Positions 25,701 to 38,628 of a stretch of DNA of 64,000 bases are shown here, piece after piece (positions within the stretch are counted from its first letter, which is position 1; every line of letters starts with the position of its first letter). Below the pieces are notes generated by a model. The model ran no database searches. It was not told where the DNA came from and saw only the letters and a program-made list of their open reading frames with translations. Source of the stretch: Lytechinus pictus (taxonomy: Eukaryota); the NCBI RefSeq assembly GCF_037042905.1, contig NC_087250.1, positions 22,508,001-22,572,000 on the forward strand. Reading direction: 5' to 3'. Position numbers and translations under genes: made by a program.

Positions 25701-28192
25701 CTGTGCTTGCAGACTACTTGAACTTGTGATGTTCTGGAATATCTCTTGTCCAATTCTATAAATTATGTAGATTTTTTTCCTCATTGTACATGTATGTAAT
25801 GTACTTGTGAATGTCAAACAAAGCTTGATTCCTCCCTGAACATGTGAAATTATTTTTTCTCAACCTTTTGCCATATTGTGATTATTTTGATTAAGACTGT
25901 GGTTTTTATTGTCATTTCTGAAGAAAAAAATGAATTATTCTTTAATTCAAAAATACAAAAGATAGAGTGCTAAGATGACATCATCCATATCTTGAATGTA
26001 ACTGTTTTGTGAAAATAAGTTAAACTTTTCAAATCAATGTCAATAACTTTTGTGAGAAGTCACACATACATTCCCTAATTGCAGAATTTTCAGTGCTGTG
26101 CCTATGGTATTTTTTTGTCTTCATAAATTATGCAAATAAACAGTTTGGGATTGGATTTCCATTTAATTGAAGAATAAACAAAAAGTTGACAATTTCATAA
26201 CTCTTTCTCTCTAGAGCTCTTATTTATGACAAGGCGCTTTTTCACTTTCTTGGAAAGGAATAATCATATCTTTATTTTAAAATGAGCACAGAATTAATAT
26301 TCAGACCTGCCAGCTGTCCTGATTTTATCACGATTGTCATGATTTTCAACTTTCAAAATGGCCCCAAAATCAGGATATCTTGATTTCTGATATTTCATGT
26401 GAGAAAAAAATGTAGGGAAAATCCCCCCCCCCAAGAATTAATAAATCTCAAATAGACGACAGTGCTATTTTTTTAGGGGGGGTTAAAGGCCCGGGGGGGG
26501 GGGGCACTCAGTACATAATGCATAGTGGGTATGTGCCGCGGAGGGGACCCCCGTTTTTACACTCAAATTTCCGTTCCAACATTTTTGTCTTATTGAGAAA
26601 AAGAACAAAGAAAGCCGCTCCAAAGCATAGCATTTTCTTCTTATCGAGAAAAAAGAAGAGAGAAATCCGCTCCAAAGCTTCGCAAATTTTCCGTTACGCC
26701 GTTCCAGCCGTATTGATCTGCTACAATGAGCCGCAATTTTGGTGAAAAGCGGCCGCAGAGCGCTGTCCGACCATCGCATCTGCGTTAGCGCGCCCGTGCC
26801 TCCGGGCTAGCTGCATGCACGTATGCCCGTTCCATAGGGATGAAAACGCACTCATTCACAGGCGACCCGTACCAAGGACCCCCGTTTTCACAAACATTTG
26901 TAGTGCCGAAGCCCGTTCTGAGGACCCTCCTTTTTACAACAAGCCCGCTCCAAGGCCCCCGTTTTTTGTCTCGCCCGCGGCACATACCCACTACTTTTTT
27001 GGTCGAGTGCCCCCCCCCCCCCCCCCCCCCCCCCGGGGTTAAAGGACCAGTCCACCCCAATAAAAAGTTGATTCGAATAAAAAGAGAAAAATCCAACAAG
27101 CATAACACTGAAAATTTCATCAAAATCGGATGTAAAATAAGAAAGTTATGACATTTTAAAGTTTCGCTTAATTTCACAAAATAGTTATATTCACATCCTT
27201 GTCGGTATGCAAATGAGGAGACTGATGACATCACTCACTCACTATTTCTTTGGTATTTTATTATATGAAATATTCAAATTTTCTCCCTGTTGTCGTGTGA
27301 AACAAAGATTAATTCCTCCCTGAACATGTGCAATTAGCATTGTTCAATTCTATATGGTCCAATCAAGTTGGTCCTTATTGCCAAATCTGTAAAAAATGAA
27401 ATATTGCTTAATTCAAACAATAAAAAACAAAAGAAATAGTGAGTGAGTGACATCATCGACTGTCTCATTTGAGTTGTGCATATCACTGTTTTGTGAAAAA
27501 TAAGCGGAATTTTAAAATTTCATAACTTTCTTATTTTATAACCGATTTTGATGAAATTTTCAGCATAATGCTTGTTTGATTTTTCTCTATTTATTCAAAA
27601 CAATACTTTTCTGGGGTGGACTTGACCTTTAAAGTTGAGAATCCAAGAGCTCTGCCCTTGGACCTTAGTCTGCAGGCACAGACCCTTTGATCAACAAGTG
27701 TGTCTCCACTCAAAGACTAGTACATACAAAACTTGCTGTTTCAATTCAGGGCCTTCAGTACAAGGCATGAGTCGGCTGCAATTCAGACCCTTTACTCGAG
27801 TGAAGGGTTTGCACAGCAGACTACTTGGAGCTTGCCAGGGGCCTATTCTGGTCCCTGGCCATTTTAATAAATAGTTGTCCAGATTCCGCACTTATTTATA
27901 TTGGCAGGTATGAATATCTGGGACTCACTTCATAAAACTTTATAATTTACAATGATAGTTAAAAGCTACTGAAATCATTCAATTTAATTGTAAAATTGTA
28001 TTGAAATTGTGCATTTTTTAAAAGTCTTTGTGAAACAGGGACCTGATATTTTTTCTTCTTACTTTTATGTACATGTAGGTTCCACGAGTATTCATCAAGG
28101 GGAATTGCGTCGGTGGCTACGACGACACGAAGAGACTTCAGGACTCCGGTCGTCTGGAGGAAATGCTCAGGGATTGTAATGCCATAGAATAG
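19756..28192 (+). CDS. GLRX2: Glutaredoxin (class I dithiol, Grx2-like), 117 aa
   Basis: join(19756-19819,20449-20624,28079-28192) gives MGGLFSSEEVNMDGKEATFIRGITHDKCVVVFSKTHCPFCHKVKKIF...KMTGASTVPRVFIKGNCVGGYDDTKRLQDSGRLEEMLRDCNAIE*. It has the CPFC active site, the TVP and GG-x-D glutathione-binding motifs, and flanking Cys at Grx2-like positions. An in-frame TAA upstream of the ATG in the same exon (acceptor at 19713) fixes the start. The symbol is inferred from similarity. Confidence 0.88.
21964..24849. mobile_element. Non-autonomous CAC..GTG DNA transposon with a 4-bp TSD (Chapaev-like), 2.9 kb, in a glutaredoxin intron
   Basis: GGAA|CACGTACGTGCATAGCGCC ... GGCGACTGCACGTACGTG|GGAA: 12-bp perfect TIR and an exact GGAA duplication. 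No long ORF inside. Contains a nested hAT-like MITE at ~23140-23372. Confidence 0.7.
26490..27037. mobile_element. CCCGGG-terminated non-autonomous DNA element with an 8-bp TSD (superfamily undetermined)
   Basis: GTTAAAGG|CCCGGG(G)nCACTC..GGGTATGTGCCGCGG ... CCGCGGCACATACCC..GAGTG(C)nCCCGGG|GTTAAAGG. A second copy lies at 53283-53765. Confidence 0.8.
27039..27632. mobile_element. Kolobok/T2-type MITE, family A
   Basis: TTAA|AGGACCAGTCCACCCC ... GGGGTGGACTTGACCT|TTAA with an intact TSD. Confidence 0.85.
27666..27823. mobile_element. TAGTCTGC..GCAGACTA short TIR element family
   Basis: TIR TAGTCTGC/GCAGACTA. Copies at ~15949-16138, 21642-21818, 25520-25715, 56836-57008 and 60091-60292 fall into two interior subtypes. 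No consistent TSD seen. Confidence 0.65.
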
Positions 28193-31100
28193 CCCTGCCT
28201 CCGCATCCCTCAAAATGATTGTACGGCACTGACAAAGGAAGATAAGAACTTTTGATGATTGTATTTATACATATTCATGGAAAAGATGTTGTTTTTTCCA
28301 GGGGAACTCCCTCAAAATTGTCGTCCAGGGCCCCGTTGCATAGAAATTACTATTACAGAGCTGCCAAGTAGTACAGATTTTCAGTTTTTAGTTAGCACTG
28401 AAAAATGAGAAGAATACTGATGGTTTCATGCAAAATACTAATTTCTCAAGTTCCAGTTTTATGTGTTGTCCTACGGTATTACTTCGAAAATACTGATTTC
28501 CTCACCAAAATACTTATTTTCAGCTTTTATCGTACTGAAATGTTCGTTTTCCGGTTGGCAGCTCTGCTGTTATACATGTAGTAACTTTGCCATCCAATAG
28601 TAATTACCATGGTAACAATGCTAATCAGCCAATCAGAATCAAGGATTTCAGGGAAGTTACCATTGGATGACAAAGTTATTATACATGTAATTAACTAGTA
28701 TGCAATGCTGCCCAGTAATGACAAACAAAGATAAGAAAATTGATGATGGTATTATTTAAATCAACCATGGAATATATTGATGGAATTTTTTTCTGGGGCT
28801 ATTTTGAAACTGACATGTACTTCACCAGTCACAATTCTTTGACTACCTGTTTATCTGTTTCAACCAGAGAACAGAAGATTCAGTGGACCGAATCTATTGT
28901 TCTCTGGTTGAAACAGGTAATAGTGAGTCAAAGAATTGTGACTGGTAGTGTAGTCAATCGCATTGTATTAGAGTTTACCTTGGACTCCATGGCCCGTATT
29001 CTGAAGCCGGGTTTAAAATCAAACTCTGGTCTAAAGTTGTGGTTTAACTATGGATAGCCAATTGCGACATAAATCTCTGACATTACATGTTCAATGTTAG
29101 CTCATTTGACTCTCAAATCATTCTTAACTGTCTGGGAGTGGGAAAGATGAATAAGATACTTGTCTTCACCGTTAAAAAAATTAGGGAAGTGCACAGTAAA
29201 CATAAGAAACATGCAATGTAAACACATTTTGACAAATCTGGCTTCCCATAATTTTAGCAAATAGTTAGATTGTGGTCTTTATTAAAGTTTAACCCAACTT
29301 CTGAATAATGGCCTATGGATGCATGAAAATCTAGAATACATGTACTGCATGAACAATGCATCCATGAGTGAAGCCAAATGAGTCAATGTCCCAGCAATAG
29401 CTCCTTTTTCATCTTTATTATCTTCAGCTACGCAATTAATAGAATAAATACTGCATTACATAACATTTGTTTGTACCCTGTACAGATGGTTCCATTGTCA
29501 ATTACTTCCCCACAATTACCGCCAAATATGTAATATTTTAAATTGTGTTTTCTCACTTACTGTGCATTTTAAGTGGTTAAGTAATGCAGGGTACTTTTCG
29601 TAGAACACGATACAATGCTAGTTTAAAGAAAAACAATTCATACTAATGCTATGCCTATTGTGAGGTTCTCTTTATTTTCATTTTGATTTGTATATTAATG
29701 CCTTGTGAATAATCTCTACATATATGCATCACAAGGCACATATATCAATTGATGAAATTATTATGTTCAATACAATCTGCACTTCTTCTCTGAAATATGA
29801 TTTATTTTTTTGTGTAGATCTATAAAGACAAATGTATTTTCTGATATTTTTTATCTTCATACTTTGTATTTCTTGCCTTATCTGCATTATCTGATTTCAG
29901 TTCTTTTATGTCTTTTCTATTGAAGTTGTGTTGATTTCACATCTTTATATGTATGTGGGGTGCCCTTGTATCATTGATCTAGGTAGATTTAGATGGTTCT
30001 GTTATTTGCGATATTAAAGGGGAGGGGGTCATTCTTTAAAAAAAAATTGTACAATCAAATTGTGCAAGCTAGTGTCACTGCAAATAAAAAGGGGGGCTCA
30101 TAGAGTACGAATGATTAGGTTTTGTGTTGGTGGAGGGCCCTTATTAAGTCTTATTGAGTGTTGCAAGAAACTTGCAATTGATCACTTGTAAGTAAATTTT
30201 GAGTCCCCAAATCAATCCTAATTCATGCAATTAATTGCAACTTTTCATTAAGCCAGTTCACGGTTAGCTCATGATCAACTTTTCTCACATGACCTTTGTG
30301 ATTTTTCATTAGGATTAGCACTACCATTTTCAAATGTAGATGTTGCGTAAGCTTTACCGGTAGAGTATTCAAATTCTAAGAACAAAAAACATTGTATAGA
30401 CCTGGGGGGCGTTTCATGAAAGGACTTGTCGGACGTTTTATCCGACAGTTACCATAGTAACAGTACCTCTCAGCCAATCAACATCAGAGAAAGATGTCAG
30501 ATCTGACAACTTGTCGGATGAAAATGTTGATGAAACACTCCCCAGGTGACTAGAATAGTACATCAGGGATAAAGTTTGGAAATCTGTTTTATTGTCTGCC
30601 TTTGGCACATTTGACTATTGTTTAGGCTACTGTCAAATACCATTGATTATGAAGGCTCTATTTATTACTCTTCAGCTTGGATGTGATAAATATTTTGAAA
30701 AGAATACATGAATAATCATCAAATCACAAATGCCTATGTCAGTGAATTTGAAAGCCACCTTCATGGTTGTCTCCAATGACCTTTTTCTGCTCGTGCGCAG
30801 TTTACAACCGTGAACAGGCTTATTGATGATCAATTGATCACCAGTCTGCTTCCAAACAATTTGCATTATAATTGATCCATAAATCTGTAAATTTGCAACT
30901 TAAATTTGTTTTGCAATTGATTGCAAGTATTTTTTGCAACTTCCCTATTAAGATGTTGACACTAACTAGGCTTCCCTAGCTTTAAAAAAAAGCTGTGAAT
31001 GTATCATATAGATAAAATATATTTATACAATGAGGTCATTTAAAATTAATACCCTGAAACGTATCCACACATGCCGGTTTGTTATTTTCTAAATCTGTAT

Positions 31101-32744
31101 CCAATATACTACAATTGTAAACTTATAGGTCAGTATATTTTTATGGGTTGCTCACGTACATGTATGCCTTTGTCAATTGTTTTTAGATAGTACACATCCT
31201 TGGCCTCATTGCCTGCTAATCTTTAATCGGCCTTGTCAGCCACCTGGCATTGGATTGTATTTGTAAATCTATTTTAAACCTCATTTTATTGGCCTGAAAT
31301 GTAAAAGATGGGTAGTATGGTGTGCATTAATATAAGGCTGAGGTTTAATTGTGTTACATTTATTGTGTATGCTCGACCCAGCTCAACGCAAGTGTTGGTT
31401 GATTTTTATGGTAGTGGTGTATGTTATTAATAATAATAGTTACATTTATATAGCGCATCATACTGTATGTTTCTAAAGCACTTTACATTGTAACTATTAT
31501 TACCCCAATCATAGGATCCATTACTGTTCCATACATAAAAGTTACCATCTCCACTCCCTGGGGAGTATCCTGACCATGCAAACGTTTATTCATGAACATG
31601 GTTTATTGGTGCACACGTGCCAATCTAATCACATTGACTTATAGTTAGGTTTACATACATGTAGTGTTTGTATGGAGGATGAGGATTTTTGAATGTGCTA
31701 AAATCATTGACAGTGGTTGATTTTTGTAAGAAACATCACCCCTCCCTTCTTGTCAGTGGCACATTGGGGGGGGGGGGTATTGATTCAATTCGACTCCTAC
31801 AAGTGAGAAAATTGGCCCTTAACTATTTTTCTACAAAGTAAAGTGACAAAGTAGTTCAAAGCTAATGAATTCACAAATTCTGCACAATGATCTAGTCATT
31901 TGACCTCATCATGTGACTTCATCATGTGACGACAATATTAATATCATGTGACAGGATGAATTATAAAACACCAATTCTGGCAGATATTCAATCTGAAGTT
32001 TCCCTCCTATTTTGAACACTAAAATACCACCTGGCAGACTCATTCAATATTTCCTGAATTAGTTGATCATATTGGCAAATGCAAGTTTTGATTGTTTTTC
32101 GCACAACTTATAATCAGATTTAAAAAATTGATAAAAAATGGTACATGTATGTTTAGTTTAATGATACCAAGTATCAAGCGCAGCAGAGTATTTGTATGTA
32201 CATGTACATACTAACTGTGTTACATAAATGGACTTTGGATTATATTATTATTATCTTAATTTGGGTATTGTGTCATTGCAACAGTAGTATTCATGGGCAT
32301 GTATAGGTAATTATTGTTTTGCTATTTGGATCCTTTGAAAAGCACTATATGAATCAAGCTATTCCTATTTTTAGGGTGTTCCATACACGTTTTCTAATGG
32401 TAAAGTCTGACAAGCTGTCTGTCTGTCACAGTTCATCAGAGCGTTTGTCTCTTTGTTTTATTCCAGTATTCATTTTTTTTTTGTAATGCTGAATATGTAT
32501 GATAAATCCAAAAGGATTGTTTTTTAAAGGATGAATAAATAAACAATTTATTTGAAATAAAGATCATTTCGGATATACGTTATGTGAAATATATTATTGG
32601 ATGTGTTCCTGAAAGTTAATAGAACAATGTGTGTTTTCAAATTTGGTGGTTGTGCTGGTGTTGGTGTTCGAAAATAAAAATAGGGTGCCTTACATAGCAA
32701 TAATACCTAATCATAGATTCAAATCTCATAATTTATAGATTATT

Positions 32745-33135
32745 TCATAAAAATTGTTATGATATCAAATTTGCAATGACAGTTGAAAGCTATTAAAATC
32801 TTTCAATCTGATTCGCTGATACTAAACTTGTTATAGAAATTGTGTATTTATTAGTATAACAAGTCTTTATGGAAATAGGGCCCTCACAAAACTTGTTACA
32901 ATAACAAATTTGCAATATAAGGTACTAAAATTCTTCAATCTGATAGGTTGATTTATAAATTGTTATAGAAATTGTTCATTCATTGTCTTTATATGAAACA
33001 GCCCCATCACAAACACTTGTTACAATAACAAATTTGCAATGACAGTTAAAAGCTACTGAAATTCTTCAATCTGATATGGTTGATTTAGAAATTGTGTATT
33101 TCTTATCATAAAAAGTCTTTATGAAACGGGACCCT
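32745..33135. mobile_element. Three tandem copies of a ~130-bp short TIR element (GCTACTGAAATCCTT..ATCTGATTGGCTG family)
   Basis: Head-to-tail units with ACTTGTTA..CAAATTTGCAAT..TCAATCTGAT..TTTATGAAAC.GG.CCC. Dispersed relatives occur at ~9780-9880, 11700-11960 (x2), 27920-28044, 28328-28715, 30404-30543, 40560-40685 and 41080-41165. Confidence 0.65.
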
Positions 33136-33289
33136 GGCCAGGTTTATTTTGAATTTTGTGCATTGGCCCAATGCCAACACCAAAAGGTCAACACCGAACT
33201 TGAAATCACCCAAATAGAATATCATTATGGCTTTGATATTTTAATAGTTTATTCATACTGATACTACGAGTATCACTTTTATAGCATGT

Positions 33290-33776
33290 TTAATGGGGAA
33301 GGTCACCTGAAGAAAAGTGAAATACCAGAAAAAAGTATTTAAAATAATAATGATGTTTTGAGAAAAATCCATCAAGGATTAAAGAAAGTTATTAGAATTT
33401 AAAGTTTTTGATTTGTGATGTATACGAGCATCTGTCCCATATGTTATGTAAAATGCATGAATTTCTTCTTTTTTTTTAATAGTCTATGAGGACTAAAAAA
33501 TTTTTTTTTTCTTTCTGGAGCAGGTGTGAAATGATTTGTCTGATGATTTACTGAATGTACAACAAAAAACTTTTTTTGAGAAAATAAAATTTCATTGTTT
33601 TTTTTTTTAATTCACGACACATGGAAAGCTGCTCACATATGACGTCACAAAAAAAAAAAAAAAATCTTCAAATAACTTTATCTGATGAAATTTCCTCAAA
33701 CCATCACCAATATTTTTTTTTCATTTTTGTGCTATTTTTACAATAAACTTGATGTCAGGGTGATCTTTCCCTTTAA
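33290..33776. mobile_element. Kolobok/T2-type MITE, family B
   Basis: TTAA-flanked, with TIR ..GGGGAAGGTCACCTGA / TCAGGGTGATCTTTCCCT. Homologous to 34623-35089. Confidence 0.7.
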
Positions 33777-34622
33777 TTTGATACTATATTTGCAATAAAT
33801 GGGGATGACTATTAGTTATTATGCTATAAATCTGACAAGTATGTACATGTATGTACTACTTGGTATGTATGTTCTAAAGGTATATTACTATTTATGTAAT
33901 CTGCATGTTATATTGGATATCCTCTATGTTATGATGTATTTGCAATAAATTTGGTACTAACAGTATAACACAATTTACATGTAGCAGACCTCATTTGTGG
34001 ACTTTTACATGTAAGTGAAGTAAAGGTGAACCCCGCCCCCCACCTCTTATGTCTTTAGGCAATAATATCCCTAAGAAAGGAAGTATTTTCCATCATTATT
34101 TCCTAAGTTTCACCTAATCATGTTTTGATTATACCTTTAATGTAACCCCCTCCTTGTACCATTCAATCAATATTATTCCTGAAATTAGAAATGGATGCCT
34201 ACTTAAACACATAGCCTACATAGATACATTATACCATTTTTTCTTGTTCAGATTAACAAAAAAAAACGACAAAATACATGGTATCAGAAATGGATGCATA
34301 CTTTAACACTATAGATACTAATACAATATTATACCATTTTCTCTTGTTCAGATTAACCAAAAAACACACAAAATACATGGTATTATGAATTGACTATGAA
34401 TGTGTAGTCTGTTTTCAAAAGGAACTGTCCCCAAAATGGTATCACTTAAGTATATCATCACGATCATGCGCACCAGCTGTGTAGTATTCAAATTATAATC
34501 CCATTGACCTTCAATTACTAGGCCTTGTGATTTTTTTAGCTCACTATTGTTAAAAGCTTGTGAAGGTTCTGATGATCTTTCTCTAGTGTTGTTTATTCAT
34601 TGTGTGATTAAACAGTTTTGTG

Positions 34623-35089
34623 TTAAAGGGAAAGTTCACCCTGAAGAAAAGATTGCTGTAAAACTACCAGAAAAAAAATCATATTTGGTTAAGGTTTGTG
34701 GAAAATTCATAAAAGATTGAGATAGTTATCACAGTTTCAATTTATTGATTTGTGTCGTCATAAACGAGCAGCTACCCTTATGTTATAAAATATAAAATGC
34801 ATAAATTTCATTTTTTCAAATAATAGTTCATAATTTTTTTCCGAAATAATTTGTTGATATAACTGAGGGTACAATAAACATTTTCGTTTTTTTGAGAAAA
34901 GGACATTTCATTGTTTTCAACTGCGTGATATGTGGGGGAGCTGATCACATATGATATCACAAATAAAAATTGAAATTCTTACTTTTTTAATCTGATGGAC
35001 TTTCCTCTTACCTTTATCAATGTTTTCTAATATTTTCTTCTGCTATATTTGGAATAAAGTACTTTGGTCAAGGTGAACTTCCCCTTTAA
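34623..35089. mobile_element. Kolobok/T2-type MITE, family B
   Basis: TTAA|AGGGAAAGTTCACCCTGA ... TCAAGGTGAACTTCCCCT|TTAA. Confidence 0.75.
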
Positions 35090-38000
35090 ATGCAGATCCG
35101 ATCAAGGTAGCCATGCTTAATCCAGGTTAATAACATTGTCATGTTAAGCAGGGCCAGCTGTTAGAACAGTTTTCAGAACTGAAGGGGCTAATTCCCTGGG
35201 TAAAATATGACATTATTATTACTGTTATTATTACCAAAACCTTTAACCTACACTATACCATTTTCTTTTTTTGGGGGGGGGGTGCATGGTTTGCACTGAC
35301 GTTACAAAGTGGCCACCATACTCTTACATAAACATCCATAATGAACCTCAATGTGCAATTATCCTTTGATCTCACACAGAGAACCATAAACAAGTATTTT
35401 ATCATGTTTTCCCCGACCCTACCCTTAACAATGCCGCAGTTCTTTTTTCATGATGGAGGGGGTAGGGGTGGTGATAGAGCCCACCCCATTATCCGCTCTA
35501 CTGACTATGAATAGTTCCAATCATTTCCATACATAATGTTGATGATGAAAAATGTCAGAAATTGATGTTTAAATCCCCATGCTAATCAGAGAGTTATTCT
35601 TTTCTATATGTATATTGGAACAGTCTTTGCTTTTGTTTACTTGGTATTTTCACGTCACGTTTGACCTTTAATCATGATTTAGTTTTAGAATTGTTAAGGG
35701 TCTGTGAATGTTGTCAATGCCCTATTGTTGTTTATTCATACATGTGTTGGTTCAGATATGTCATAGACTTTGCTATTTGCTTGTGTTTACTGGAATTGAA
35801 TGAAGTATTTCATTTGCTAACAACACCTGTTATGACCTTGCTCTGTCTCAATCTTTCTCTTTTTTTAATTTCTGCTACACTCTCTTTTTTTGTGTCTCCC
35901 TCAGTCTCTCTCTCTCTTTATTTCTATTTCTCTTCCTCCCTCTCTCTCTCTCTCTTTCTCTTCCATTTTTTCTGTCTGTAATCTAATATAAAACATTTAT
36001 TTGTATTTATTTGACCAATATAAAAAGTACAAATACATTACATCAGAAAAACTATTCAAATTTTACAAACCCTTTTTGGGGGATCTATTCCCCCCTCTCT
36101 CTCTTTCTATCCCCTTTTCTCTCTCTTTGAATATGAAAAAAAAAATCATCTTTCTATGTCTCTCCCTCCACTCCTCTCTCTATCTTTTATGTAAAAACAA
36201 CATTTTTGTCTGTATGTGTCTCTCCATATCATCATTCAATCACTCTGCATCCCTTCCCCTCAATCTTTCTATTGCCCCCCTTTTGTCACAACTGCATATT
36301 ACCTCAAGCACCCCCCCCCCCCCCCCATTCAATCGAACTCCAAGTTTTAGACTCATGGCACATTTTATTTTTTTACAAGTAATCATACAATTTATTGTCT
36401 GATGTTTACAGTCATTCATCTTTATCTCTTGTCATTTATACAGCTAAGCAATATACATTTACAAATATTAGGCTGTATAACAAGACTGATAATAATTAAT
36501 ACATTTTATACACTGTTTATATACGATACACTTTCTCCTGTATGCTTTTTCAACACATTTTTTTTGTATTTTCTTTAAAATTTGTCTCTTTTTGTAATAA
36601 AAACATACAGGCTATAAATTCATATACAATACATATTGATCCTCTATTTCCTACAGTTATGCTACTGAATGTTGCCTGGACCTGATCAACCGATTGCGCT
36701 TCTTGCAGCTCTGGAAATCACCTCACATGGCAGAGAGATGAAGATTTTTTTTGCTCGTGTCTGATACGCCATACATAAAATATAACATCGACCCTTTCAT
36801 AAAGCTGTTCATAAGTTGCATGGCTTAATGTACAACTGGTGACCCTTTCTGTTTTAACATAATGCCTAGGAGTACATTTGTCCCATCTTTGGAGTCTCGG
36901 GAGAGAATCTGATGAAGCATCCATGTACAAGAAGGGGTCACCTGTCACGTGTAACTTGCAAACAGCTTTAGGAAAACACCAACAAGAAATTGACGGAAAA
37001 GGTCAATGCGCACACTTTGGCAACTTCAGATTTAAAGAAAAGCAGCATCTGTTAGGACTTCATACCTAATGTACAGATTGGTTCATACAATTATTTCCAG
37101 TGGCTTTTTTTCTTGGACAGACACCATATCCAGGCAACTTTCACATGGAATGACGTTTAGACCAAATTATACACAAAGAAAAAAAATCATAAAAAAAGAA
37201 TAGATAATATGCATAAATCTATATTGTATGGTACAGTTTAGCCAGACCTTTTCTTCATATTCCTGGTTAATGTGATAATTGTGGTATTAGCTGGATTTTG
37301 ACAGTGAAGTTTGCTTTTTTTTTAAAGTTATGGAAAAGGGATACAATAAGTGGATAATAATATTAGAAATATTGATAAAACCATTTATAGGGTGCTTTCA
37401 ATGGGCATTTCAAAATACCAAACTCGGCTTCAATAGAAGTTTAGTAACCTAATACCCTTTCCTCACGACATTTTCTTAATCTGGACTACCGTTAACCCCA
37501 TACTATCCCTAACACGTATTATAATTTTTTTCTTTTTCTCATAGGCCAAATAACCCCAGCTAACAAACAAATATCAGTACTCATGGGAGTAGTAGTAGCC
37601 ATTTATTACCACTTATATGTATGTCTGATTGGACAACAGCACTGGCTCTGGTGTGAGCTTAATAACTTAATCCAACACTATAGGTGGGGCTAACTTGTCA
37701 TTTAGCCCCAACTATAGAACGGGGTTTAGGGAAATTTGGCCATGTTGCATGAGACAAAATGAAAAATAGACAAAGCGGGTGTATATACATTACACAATAA
37801 CCTAACACAAATGTGGAATTATGATCTAACCATGTTAAACCACCAAATCAGGAGCACAGAACTTGTATGAAAATGCAAAAACAACTTAATATTATCGAAG
37901 AAAAGATAGATTACATCTTTAAAACCACACAACGGAATTTTGATGGTATTCTTTTCAAATACAGATCTCCTTGTGTAAGAAAATGTGTTTACAATATACT

Positions 38001-38344
38001 GAACGTGAGTGGTCTTATTCCAATATGTACATGAATATCACATGATAACCTACATTGTAAGAATGAAGGTGAGCTTTCTTGCCCATAAAATACAAAAATT
38101 TTCCTTTGCTATATATACACTGTTTTATTGTCTGCTTTTAAGTATCGATGTTCTTTTAATTTGTAAGATTGTTGCTATGCCAGGCATTGGTAGTGTCAGT
38201 GTATTTTGGTAGGGAGGCAAGGTGAACTTTATCCTAAACATGACTTTATTTTTGAAAAAATGGGATGCATTGATTTACCTTCAACCCTCACTCTTAAAGA
38301 TACTAATCTTTCTCCTTTGAATTCTATTCCTCCCAAAACTTCAT

Positions 38345-38628
38345 GGCCCGTATTCTGAAGTCAGGTTTAACTTAGACCATGGTCTAACTCTGTGCTAAAA
38401 TTATGGCAAGCCAGAAGTGTCAAAATTTTTATTAAGTTGTATGTTTCTTATATTTACTGTGACAATCATCTACTTATACTTCCTAGACAATTAGGAATGA
38501 TTTGAGAGTCAAATGAGCTGAAATATGATATCTCTACCGTTAGTGATTTATTTAACAATTGGCTATCCATACTTAAACCACAACTTTAAACCTGAGTTTA
38601 AGTTAAACCCGACTTCAGAATATGGGCC
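38345..38628. mobile_element. PIF/Harbinger-like MITE (GGCCCGTATTCTGAAG family)
   Basis: CAT|GGCCCGTATTCTGAAGTC ... GACTTCAGAATATGGGCC|CAT, a 3-bp TSD. Another copy lies at ~28991-29313 and a partial one at ~47200-47340. Confidence 0.65.

Noticed and set aside
35661..36402. Hydrophobic Leu/Ser/Phe-rich ORFs (also 2293-2856, 4145-4519, 9993-10286)
   Set aside because: Derived from CT/GA-rich low-complexity tracts; no splice or domain support.
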